From Alphaproteobacteria bacterium (GTDB lineage Bacteria > Pseudomonadota > Alphaproteobacteria > Paracaedibacterales > VGCI01): a stretch of 56,737 nucleotides of DNA. Positions within the stretch are counted from its first letter, which is position 1. Every line of letters starts with the position of its first letter. The notes under the pieces are model-generated. The model was given only the letters and a program-made list of their open reading frames with translations. It ran no database searches and was not told the DNA's origin. The position numbers and the translations under genes are program-made. Shown one piece after another: positions 18,304-26,363 of this stretch. The stretch lies in assembly GCA_021323455.1 (NCBI GenBank), contig JAJONN010000008.1:1-56737 (forward strand). The letters are read 5' to 3'.

Positions 18304-18855
18304 ATGGGAAGAGGCGGAGCGCGGCCTGGTGCAGGACGCAAAATAAATTCGGGACCGTTTGGCGAAAAAACTGTTGCAAAAAGAATTCCTTTATCTTTAG
18401 TCAAGGATATAGAGAACTTTATTCATACCACCCAACAACGTGGCTCAATGCCAGGGAATTTTAATTTGCCTCTTTTTGAGAGCCGTGTCTCAGCAGGCCT
18501 CCCCTTACCAGCGGATGACCATGTAGAAGCATCTCTTGATTTAAACCAGCATTTAATTAAGCACCCTTCAGCAACTTTTCTTGTGAGGGCTTCGGGTGAG
18601 TCCATGGTGAATGCAGGAATCAACGATAATGATCTTTTGGTTGTTGACCGCTCCCTGGAACCAAAGCACCAGGATATCGTTATTGCTGCTTTAAATGGAG
18701 AACTGACCGTAAAGCGGCTGCATTTAGAGGGTCAAAAAATTACCCTACAACCTGAAAACCCTGATTATCCCATGATTGAGGTAACGGAAGAAATGGCATT
18801 TCTTATTTGGGGCGTCGTGACTGCCGTGGTTCATCAATATAAACTAAAGCCCTGA
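18304..18855 (+). CDS. S24 (LexA/UmuD-family) self-cleaving peptidase, UmuD-like, with a Gly/Arg-rich N-terminus
   Basis: It has VSA-G, ASGESM (Ser) and TVKRL (Lys), and matches UmuD (FPLF..V.AGFPSPA.DY....DLN..LI.HPSATF.V.ASG.SM). The N-terminus is MGRGGARPGAGRK. The ATG at 18304 has GGAG 7 nt upstream; the track start is a TTG at 18298. Confidence 0.85.
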   Translation: MGRGGARPGAGRKINSGPFGEKTVAKRIPLSLVKDIENFIHTTQQRGSMPGNFNLPLFESRVSAGLPLPADDHVEASLDLNQHLIKHPSATFLVRASGESMVNAGINDNDLLVVDRSLEPKHQDIVIAALNGELTVKRLHLEGQKITLQPENPDYPMIEVTEEMAFLIWGVVTAVVHQYKLKP

Positions 18856-18908
18856 CCCAGCCTGATTTGCAGAAGAAGCCTATGGCTACACCTCCCTGTA
18901 TAACCGAG

Positions 18909-19279
18909 TTATGGATGATGAAAGAAAATATCATAAGAAATAGATGGTTTTGAGGGTTTGAGCTGATAAGCGATAAGGGTAGAAACGAGATGTACGAGCA
19001 TATTGAAGGGAGACCGATATCTCGTATGCTCAAGCTGAAGTTTGTTTTTTAAATAATCAAACACCGTCTCAATTAAGGAACGCTTGCGCAACAGGATTTT
19101 CCCAATCCAGTCTATGAGGATGTTTTTCATAGATTTTTTAATTCCTGTTACCAACTTCAACCCTCTTCATAAAGCTTTAAGAAAAGCTCTTCAGAAATAG
19201 ACCCTTTATCTCCAAACAACAATCCGGTAAGACCCTGTGTCATTTGAGGAATAACTTTACGATCATCTCTAATATCCAT
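18909..19279 (-). pseudogene. IS982-family transposase remnant (C-terminal ~120 aa, frameshifted, N-terminal half missing)
   Basis: The minus strand reads MDIRDDRKVIPQMTQGLTGLLFGDKGSISEELFLKLYEEG*. After a frameshift it continues LKLVTGIKKSMKN...LLRKRSLIETVFDYLKNKLQLEHTRYRSPFNMLVHLVSTLIAYQLKPSKPSIS. This matches the conserved IS982 C-terminus (DKGYIS...LLRKR.IIET.ND.LKN...EHSRHRS). Confidence 0.7.
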
Positions 19280-19342
19280 TATTCACAGATAATACCATTT
19301 ATAAGAAGTAAATTTACTTTTAAGATTTTGTGTGAGAAATAA

Positions 19343-19374
19343 GAGAGTATTAACAATAGGATGTTAATACTCTC
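19343..19374 (-). terminator. Rho-independent terminator of the 19479..20177 gene
   Basis: A perfect 13-bp stem pairs GAGAGTATTAACA (19343-19355) with TGTTAATACTCTC (19362-19374) around a 6-nt loop. TTATTTCT follows on the minus strand. Confidence 0.55.
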
Positions 19375-19478
19375 ATTTGAAAACTTAGCTAAGTGTTCTC
19401 TATTGTTAGAAAAATTGATCTTAATGGCTGTTTAGCAGCCGTTGAGAAGATCTAGAAACCAGGGATTGTATTTCATGA

Positions 19479-20177
19479 TCAACCAGCTTTTTTCAATAAT
19501 TGATCAGAATTAACACGATTATTTTCATAAGAAATCAAAAGATTATCAAACATACTATGGAACCCATCATAAACTCTATTAACCATCGCTAGGACACTTT
19601 CACGTTCTTGAGAAGAGAGATCAATAGAAAAAAGGTGTCTATTAAGAGCTTCTTCAAAAACTGCATGGTTTTTTTCCACTTCTAAATGTGTATGAGAAAA
19701 ATATTTTAATTTAGATGAATAACCATTATTTTTAACAAACTGGGCTACATTTTCAAAGAAAATATGTCCGGTAGATTCTAGAACTAATATTAAAGCAACC
19801 TTCTGCGGATCAGAAGGAGTAAAAACTTCTGACAATATACCATAAGTAATTTCTCTAATATTTCTATTTTCATCACTATAAATCCAAGCAACATCGAACT
19901 TGTGATTTCTATAAATGTAATCTAAATCTTCTAGAAACCATTTATCATGTCCTCTATCTTCCATTTTATGATGATTTGCGATCCTACGGAGCGTTTGAGA
20001 AGAAACACGTGAGGGAATCATATGAAGGATATCTTGGAAAGTCATTACCCAGAACATTAAGTTCGGTATAAATACCATTCCTTTATGAAAATCTTTTTCT
20101 TCTTCTAGCTTGCTAAAAAATTGATGTAACTTAAATTCTAATTGTTTTTTTAATACATGGGCTTCTATAATTTTCAT
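19479..20177 (-). CDS. Heme-oxygenase-like fold protein, candidate diiron oxidase (CADD/PqqC/TenA-like); function uncertain
   Basis: It is a strongly AT-rich all-helical 232-aa ORF. Three motifs occur in the order seen in CADD-type enzymes: MEDRGHDKW (E..H), LESTGH (E) and HTHLEVEKNH (H-x3-E-x2-H). It has its own terminator. Coding status is confident; the family call is from memory only. Confidence 0.45.
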   Translation of the reverse strand: MKIIEAHVLKKQLEFKLHQFFSKLEEEKDFHKGMVFIPNLMFWVMTFQDILHMIPSRVSSQTLRRIANHHKMEDRGHDKWFLEDLDYIYRNHKFDVAWIYSDENRNIREITYGILSEVFTPSDPQKVALILVLESTGHIFFENVAQFVKNNGYSSKLKYFSHTHLEVEKNHAVFEEALNRHLFSIDLSSQERESVLAMVNRVYDGFHSMFDNLLISYENNRVNSDQLLKKAG

Positions 20178-20702
20178 TCTTTCCTCTATTAGAATTAGAA
20201 CAGTCTTAATCTATAAAAAATAACAATATATTTTAGTAAAATATAATTATTAAGAATTTAAAATTTTATTTAAATTTTATGATGAAGTCAATAACTCATT
20301 TGCATCCGTGTTATTTTGTCGCAAGCTATCAACCTAGAAAAGTAGGCTAGGGAGAATGTAGATGAATCAATCATCGCCGTTCCATGTCATAGAGTGTTCT
20401 TGTAATGCGCATCACCCGCCCACAATGATGGTCACGCTATTGCTCGCTGGGGACTAAGGCAAAGACGATATACCCCTCGTCGGCTCCCTCAGACCTTTCT
20501 CCTTGTGAAAAGAAATAAACTGACAAAATTCCAGAAATTAAAATTAAAAAAAGGTAAAGTTGTTTCAAAATCATTTTTATGATATATATAACCCAGCCTT
20601 AAAAGCGGGGATTCTCCCTTGCAGCCATTCAGTTGATTGGTCAAAAATTAAGGCAGATTTCATCAGGTTTTTTACACTAACAATTTAATAAGGAGATAAC
20701 AC

Positions 20703-21659
20703 ATGAAAAAACTCGTGCAATGGGTTTTGTCTGCCTTTTTAGGCATTGCGCCCGCGCTGGGGGCGGACTGGGCGGACGATCCATTCTTAAACCAGCCAGG
20801 TTTTACCTACCAGATTGCAGGCGTTTTTGAGGATGAGGTTGAAGGCAAAATGAAGCTTTCTGCAAGTGTAAAAGCGACTTCACCAGCTAATGAAATTACG
20901 AGAAGGCGTATTCCAGCTGCCTTTACACCAACGGGTTGGCATCATTCTGATCCGCTTCTATCCTCTACAAGACAAGGCATAGCTTATATTCTTTGTAACG
21001 ATGAAAAAATTGAAAAACCCTATGAAAAAGCTGAACGACATCCCTATGAGCTGTTGCAAGAGTCAATCGTAAACCTTATGGGAGGTGTGTCCACCCCGGA
21101 TGAAGCATTACCTTTGGGAGTAAAAATAAGTGTGGCAACACAAAAAGAGTTCAAGCGCCCGGGTGGTTCCATTTATAAGTTATTAAGTGAGCACGCTGAC
21201 GCTGTAACAGTAGCTATGCTTGTCGGGGGAGATGAGGATGAAAAAATACCGCAAGAAGTCCTTCTGGATTTACCATCAGGTACAGTGCTAAATGTATTTA
21301 AGGATATAGACTGTGGCGCAGGTGCGGCTGAAAGAAGGTTTATTTATCAACTGCTTATAAAAGAAAATTCTGTAGCTAAAGGTACGATCTACCAATGCTT
21401 TCAGGAAGGGGAGGAATGGCAACAACGAGGTCTTAACCGCTATAGGCAACTTCGCCATTGGTGGAAACATTTTAATGGTATTGAGGTTACACGCGCGGCC
21501 TACCGGGTAGTAGGCGGAATAGAAACCCCTGTCCTTGGCCTTAGCAAAAGTGAACTCCAGCTCTCTACACTAAAGACAGAGGGGGGACGTGAAAACCATG
21601 CTGAATGCCCTGCCCCTTATGGGAGAAACCTGCCCCCTAATAGCAGAATCGTCGGATAA
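20703..21659 (+). CDS. Secreted hypothetical protein
   Basis: It has a signal peptide (MKKLVQWVLSAFLGIAPALGA), an RBS AAGGAG upstream and a terminator downstream. I recognise no domain. Confidence 0.65.
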   Translation: MKKLVQWVLSAFLGIAPALGADWADDPFLNQPGFTYQIAGVFEDEVEGKMKLSASVKATSPANEITRRRIPAAFTPTGWHHSDPLLSSTRQGIAYILCNDEKIEKPYEKAERHPYELLQESIVNLMGGVSTPDEALPLGVKISVATQKEFKRPGGSIYKLLSEHADAVTVAMLVGGDEDEKIPQEVLLDLPSGTVLNVFKDIDCGAGAAERRFIYQLLIKENSVAKGTIYQCFQEGEEWQQRGLNRYRQLRHWWKHFNGIEVTRAAYRVVGGIETPVLGLSKSELQLSTLKTEGGRENHAECPAPYGRNLPPNSRIVG

Positions 21660-21675
21660 TTGTGAGTTATATTTA

Positions 21676-21731
21676 CCTTTAGTCGCCCAACATACTCTCT
21701 GTAGGCGGCTAAAGGTTCCTCTTATTTTTCC
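21676..21731. terminator. Bidirectional terminator between convergent genes
   Basis: A 12-bp stem pairs CCTTTAGTCGCC (21676-21687) with GGCGGCTAAAGG (21704-21715), matching at 11 of 12 positions. TTCCTCTTATTTTT follows. Confidence 0.5.
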
Positions 21732-21739
21732 TAAAAAAT

Positions 21740-21940
21740 CTAAAAAATCGCATATGCCAGCACGCCCCCGACAAGAATGGTCCAGGAGATAAGCCAGGTA
21801 AACCATTTTGTAGCGGGCATCAAGTTATCATTAGCAGAAGCCTGGATGATTTGAAAAATCATGCCCCGCGTTGGGTCAGGCATATTTCCGGGGTGGCCGG
21901 ATATGGCATTGCGTAGCCTGTTCCGATTTATTTTCATCAT
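21740..21940 (-). CDS. Small (66 aa) C-terminally anchored membrane protein, translationally coupled to gltA
   Basis: Its ATG overlaps the gltA stop as ATGA (21937-21940). The C-terminal hydrophobic helix is [21 protein letters not shown]. The upstream part of the track ORF (to 22066) lies inside gltA and is discounted. Confidence 0.4.
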   Translation of the reverse strand: MMKINRNRLRNAISGHPGNMPDPTRGMIFQIIQASANDNLMPATKWFTWLISWTILVGGVLAYAIF

Positions 21941-23259
21941 GTCTTCTCCTCCAGACGTTTTTCCATAGGGATAAAATCCCGGTACCCTTGTCCAACATAC
22001 AACTGACGGGGGCGACCGATCTTTTGCATCGGATCCGCCATCATTTCTTTCCATTGAGAAATCCACCCCACGGTACGGGCAATCGCAAACAGCACCGTGA
22101 ACATGGAAACCGGAATACCCATGGCTCTAAAGATAATACCGGAATAAAAGTCCACATTAGGGTAGAGCTTTTTCTCAATAAAATAGTCATCCGCCAGGGC
22201 CACCCGTTCCAGCTCCATCGCCAACTGAAGGGTTGGGTTGTCCTTCATCCCGGACTCCCCCATAATTTCATGGCACGTTTCCCGCAAAACAAAGGCGCGG
22301 GGGTCATAATTTTTATAAACCCGATGCCCAAACCCCATCAGACGGAAGGGATCCTCCTTGTCTTTGGCGCGCTTGATAAATTCCGGGATGCGCCCTACGT
22401 GGCCAATTTCTGTGAGCATCCCCAGCACAGCCTCGTTCGCCCCCCCGTGGGCCGGGCCCCACAAGGCAGCAATGCCCGCTGCAATACAGGCAAAGGGGTT
22501 AGCGCCACTAGATCCTGCCAGGCGGATGGTAGATGTTGAAGCATTTTGTTCATGGTCGGCATGTAAAATGAGGATGCGGTCGATCGCCTTTGCCCACACT
22601 GGGTTAATGTCATAAGGCGCCGTTGGTGTTGAAAACAGCATGTTGAGCATATTTTCAGCATAGGAAAGATGACTTTGTGGATAGACGAATGGCTGGCCAA
22701 TGGAATATTTATAAGCCATTCCTGCCAGGGTTGGCATCTTCGCAATGAGGCGCAAAGCAGCAATCTGGCGTTGGGCGGTGTCGTGGATATCCAGGCTGTC
22801 ATGATAAAATGAGGATAATGCCCCTACAACACCCACCATGATCGCCATGGGGTGGGCATCCCGCCGGAACCCCCGGTAAAAGGCGCTGATCTGCTCATGA
22901 ACCAGTGTATGCTTATGAACAGATTGAACAAACTCGCCTTTTTGCGAGGATGTCGGCAATTCTCCATAAAGGAGAAGATAGGCGACTTCCATAAAGTCGC
23001 TTTTTTCAGCCAATTGCTGGATGGGATACCCACGGTACAGCAAGATGCCTTTATCCCCGTCAATATACGTAATCTCGGAACGGCAACTGGCTGTTGACGT
23101 AAAGCCAGGGTCAAACGTAAACAGACCTGTTTCCCGGTACAACCCTTGCAGGTCTAAAACACCTGGTCCGTCCGTGCCAAAATAAACAGGGAGGTCTATT
23201 GTTTTTCCTTGGTAGCTCAATTGAGCAACGTGCGGGGCTTGAGGTGCCACCATTGTCAT
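21937..23259 (-). CDS. gltA: Citrate synthase (type II)
   Basis: The 440 aa protein has the signature [13 protein letters not shown] and catalytic His/Asp contexts. It is colinear over its full length. Confidence 0.97.
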   Translation of the reverse strand: MTMVAPQAPHVAQLSYQGKTIDLPVYFGTDGPGVLDLQGLYRETGLFTFDPGFTSTASCRSEITYIDGDKGILLYRGYPIQQLAEKSDFMEVAYLLLYGELPTSSQKGEFVQSVHKHTLVHEQISAFYRGFRRDAHPMAIMVGVVGALSSFYHDSLDIHDTAQRQIAALRLIAKMPTLAGMAYKYSIGQPFVYPQSHLSYAENMLNMLFSTPTAPYDINPVWAKAIDRILILHADHEQNASTSTIRLAGSSGANPFACIAAGIAALWGPAHGGANEAVLGMLTEIGHVGRIPEFIKRAKDKEDPFRLMGFGHRVYKNYDPRAFVLRETCHEIMGESGMKDNPTLQLAMELERVALADDYFIEKKLYPNVDFYSGIIFRAMGIPVSMFTVLFAIARTVGWISQWKEMMADPMQKIGRPRQLYVGQGYRDFIPMEKRLEEKT

Positions 23260-23412
23260 TCTTTCTCCCCTTATGTTTGGTTCTTAAGAATAGCCCAGAA
23301 GAGCTGTTTACGGGCTTAAAGAATATTGCATGATTTGCCCTATCTTTAACTTTACCCCCCAAAGGTAAAGGAATCAATAACGCGGGGGTAAATAGAGTTT
23401 GTTTAATACCTC

Positions 23413-23997
23413 TCACTCAAAATCTTCCTGGAGCGCTTTTCGCACAGACTCTGCCATCACTGTTTTGAGCGGAAAACGAGGATGGGTCACTTCCACAATA
23501 ACATCTTGATGAGGTTTTGAAAAATCAACAATTTGCTCCTTCGTAAATGTCCAATGCACAAAATGGATGGCCGACGTCTTGCCTGATTCTGTCGTCCGGT
23601 TGGGGTCGCCTTCCGGTATGGCCGTAACGGTATGGCCGGCAAAACGGAAACATAAATGGCGCTCAATGCCACCCAGCATCCCCAAGACTTGCGCCCTGCG
23701 GGAAGGATCGTCAATTTCAATCATAAAGGTAGCCACCAAGCCTTGCCCTTGAGGCAGAAGCGGGTTATATGCCAAAAGCTCGTCTTCAATTTGCGCCTCT
23801 CCTCCTTTTTCGATATAAAGCATTTCCTGAATTTGCCACCAAAGGGTGTCAAAGTTTTCAAAGAAAAGAGTGGCTTCTGACCCCAGAGGAACCCGACGGT
23901 TTTTTTTAAGGGCGATTGTCTCCTGGCGCTTTTGCGCACGGATTTTGGTAAACTCCTCAAGGGAAAGAAGGTCTTCTTTGGTCAGTTCTTTTTTCAT
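23413..23997 (-). CDS. DUF3501-family protein
   Basis: The family call comes from sequence recognition and from its usual neighbours (rubrerythrin plus an HdrD-like Fe-S protein). The start is chosen at the ATG at 23995-23997, which is preceded by AAGGAG; the track ORF extends to 24078. Confidence 0.75.
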   Translation of the reverse strand: MKKELTKEDLLSLEEFTKIRAQKRQETIALKKNRRVPLGSEATLFFENFDTLWWQIQEMLYIEKGGEAQIEDELLAYNPLLPQGQGLVATFMIEIDDPSRRAQVLGMLGGIERHLCFRFAGHTVTAIPEGDPNRTTESGKTSAIHFVHWTFTKEQIVDFSKPHQDVIVEVTHPRFPLKTVMAESVRKALQEDFE

Positions 23998-24013
23998 TTT
24001 TTTCTCCTTCACT

Positions 24014-25299
24014 TCATAGGCCATAGGCGCGGGCAAAAATTTCGATGGGATGCGCTTCTTCAACAACAGCCTTCCCATCTAATTTTTCCACCCCTTGGCG
24101 GATGTGCGTAGCGGCCAACGGGCATTCCGACAGAATGAGGCGATTTTGCGTTTTGAGGGCCTGTTGCGCCACAGGCTTTCCAACTTTTAAGGCAACATCA
24201 AAGTTTTCAACCATAACACCCCAGGCACCCCCATGGCCTGAACAGCGCTCAATCACATGCAAGTCAATATCCGGGATGAGCCGAAGCAGCTCCGCTGCTT
24301 TCTGGCCTATATTTTGCGCGCGCGCATGACAAGCAATGTGAACCGTTACGCCTTCGGTAAGCGGCTCGATGCCGGAAGCCAAACCTGGGTCTTTGGAAAG
24401 GGCAACCAGGTATTCCGCAATATCGCGCGTGGCACTGCTCAAGAGGCGGACATTTTCATCATCGGAAACAATCAACGGCCATTCGGATTTCAGCATCAAG
24501 GCGCACGAAGGGACAAGGGCGATAACCTCATACCCCTGGTCAATCCAGGGACGGAATGTTGCCGCAACCTCGCGTGTTCCAGCAAGGGCATCCCGCAGCA
24601 TCGTGGGTAAACAACTTCCGTTTCAACCCCGTTATGCGCCAAGACCTTGCGCGTCGCCAACCCGATTTTTGGGTCATTATAATTTCCATAACAGGTGGCA
24701 TAAATAACGGCTTTGCGCCCATAGGCTGCGGCTGCCTCGTTCAAAGGCAAGGGATCGCGCGTCTGGCGCACGAGCGTTTTTGGTTGAAACCGGGGAAGTA
24801 CTGCGTCCCGATGGATCCCGACTGTTTTTTCCATCACCGGGCGGGTTAGCGTATTACCCTCTTTTGTCGCCCAATTTGCCAAGGGAGCAGCAAGCTTCCC
24901 CAAGGATCCTGTCACAAGGCTCCCCGCCGTATCTGTTTTGGCCAACATCTTGCGCAAAGGCGCAACTTTGCCGTCCGAGAATTCCTGCGCTCGATACCGC
25001 AGCATTAAATGGGGGAAATCGACATTAAATTCATGAGGCGGGATATAAGGACACTTGGACATATAGCACAAGTCGCATAACGTGCAAGCTTCAACAACAG
25101 GCGCAAAATCAGCACTTTTAACAGAGTCCAATTCGCCCGTCGGAGCCTCATCAACCAAATCAAACAAGCGGGGGAAGGTATCACATAAATTAAAGCAACG
25201 GCGGCATCCATGGCAAATGTCAAAGACACGCCGCATTTCTTCGTCAAGTTTTTCTGGATCTAAGTAGTCAGGGTGGCTCCAATCAATAGCGTGACGCAT
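24014..25299 (-). pseudogene. (Fe-S)-binding oxidoreductase (HdrD/GlpC-like, 2x CCG domain), interrupted by one frameshift
   Basis: The N-terminal part (24496..25299) has two 4Fe-4S Cys clusters (CHGCRRCFNLC; CTLCDLCYMSKCP) and ends ...PRCCGMPLLEH. The C-terminal part (24014..24601) continues ...EVAATFRPWIDQGYEVIALVPSCALMLK in another frame. The frames switch within about 24565-24585. Confidence 0.8.
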
Positions 25300-25328
25300 C
25301 TCTTGTGGAGCCTCCCCTAAAAAGCCTG

Positions 25329-25745
25329 TTAGCTCATTGTCTCCAACGCCCTTTGGAAGCGGCCTGCATGGGAACGTTCTGCCTTGCTCAAGGTTTCAAA
25401 CCAATCGGCAATTTCTTCAAACCCTTCTTCCCGGGCCGTGCGGGCCATGCCTGGGTACATATCGGTATATTCATGGGTTTCCCCTGCAATCGCTGCCTTC
25501 AGGTTTAGGGAAGTTCCCCCTATAGGCAAGCCTGTCGCCGGGTCACCGACGGTTTCCAGGAATTCCAGATGGCCATGGGCGTGCCCTGTTTCCCCTTCCG
25601 CTGTCGAGCGGAAAACGCTTGCCACGTCATTGTAACCTTCAACATCCGCTTTTTGAGCAAAATAGAGATAACGACGGTTGGCTTGAGATTCGCCGGCAAA
25701 GGCATCCTTCAAATTTTGTTCTGTCTTGCTTCCTTTTAAAGACAC
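25329..25745 (-). CDS. Rubrerythrin-family diiron protein (no rubredoxin domain)
   Basis: The four-helix diiron motifs are [23 protein letters not shown] and [10 protein letters not shown]. It is 138 aa. Confidence 0.88.
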   Translation of the reverse strand: MSLKGSKTEQNLKDAFAGESQANRRYLYFAQKADVEGYNDVASVFRSTAEGETGHAHGHLEFLETVGDPATGLPIGGTSLNLKAAIAGETHEYTDMYPGMARTAREEGFEEIADWFETLSKAERSHAGRFQRALETMS

Positions 25746-25994
25746 GGTTTTCCTCCCTTTATGAGTCCCTTATTCACTATTATCTAAATGACCGGCGGGC
25801 GTCAAGAAAATTAGAAGCATCCATTTTTAACAAAATTATTTGCGAGCCGGTGAAGCATACCTAATTTTAAAACCGCATGTTAAATGACATTTCGCGAACA
25901 AACCGAGAAACAGGAATAATAGGGCTGTCGCTTTGTAACTCTAAGAAGCGACCTAAATAGGTTCAACTTTTACCCATAGGGATGAAATTTAAAT

Positions 25995-26207
25995 TTAAGC
26001 AATAATATCCGGAACCAATAAAGCATCAATTTTTTGGATTTGTTCTTTGACGAGGACTTTACGCTTTCTTAAGCGGTGGGCCTGGATTTCATTTGCCAAG
26101 CCTTGCGAAGACAGTTGTGTAATCTCTTCCGTGAGTTGGCGATCTTCTTTTTTGAGCTTATCCAACTTGTGCTGTAACTCTACAACCATACTTGGCTCTA
26201 GCGGCAT
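25995..26207 (-). CDS. DUF465 (YdcH-like) small coiled-coil protein
   Basis: The 70 aa protein carries H-x-LD-x-L...LRKRKVLVKEQI, typical of the family. Confidence 0.7.
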   Translation of the reverse strand: MPLEPSMVVELQHKLDKLKKEDRQLTEEITQLSSQGLANEIQAHRLRKRKVLVKEQIQKIDALLVPDIIA

Positions 26208-26238
26208 TATTTCTTTATACTCACGTTGTTTTACTATA

Positions 26239-26271
26239 ACCCCCTTGCTCTACCGACTGAGCTATCTGGGC
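26239..26271 (-). pseudogene. Truncated tRNA gene (5' half only)
   Basis: The reverse complement GCCCAGATAGCTCAGTCGGTAGAGCAAGGGG gives a perfect acceptor 5' strand plus a complete D arm. No anticodon arm, T arm or CCA follows. Confidence 0.6.
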
Positions 26272-26363
26272 ATTGCGTTTACACATCAAGCCTCTCACAT
26301 ATAAAAAATCTAGCGGGATATGTCTAGATAAAAATGGCAAAACAGTGGAAATCGTGAAATTAA

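Noticed and set aside
24496-24601. Programmed ribosomal frameshift in the Fe-S oxidoreductase gene.
   Set aside because: There is no slippery heptamer or downstream structure at the frame junction. A single-base deletion explains it.
26195-26271. Full-length tRNA gene upstream of the DUF465 gene.
   Set aside because: Only the acceptor 5' strand and the D arm are present. The following sequence cannot form anticodon or T arms and runs into the DUF465 start codon.
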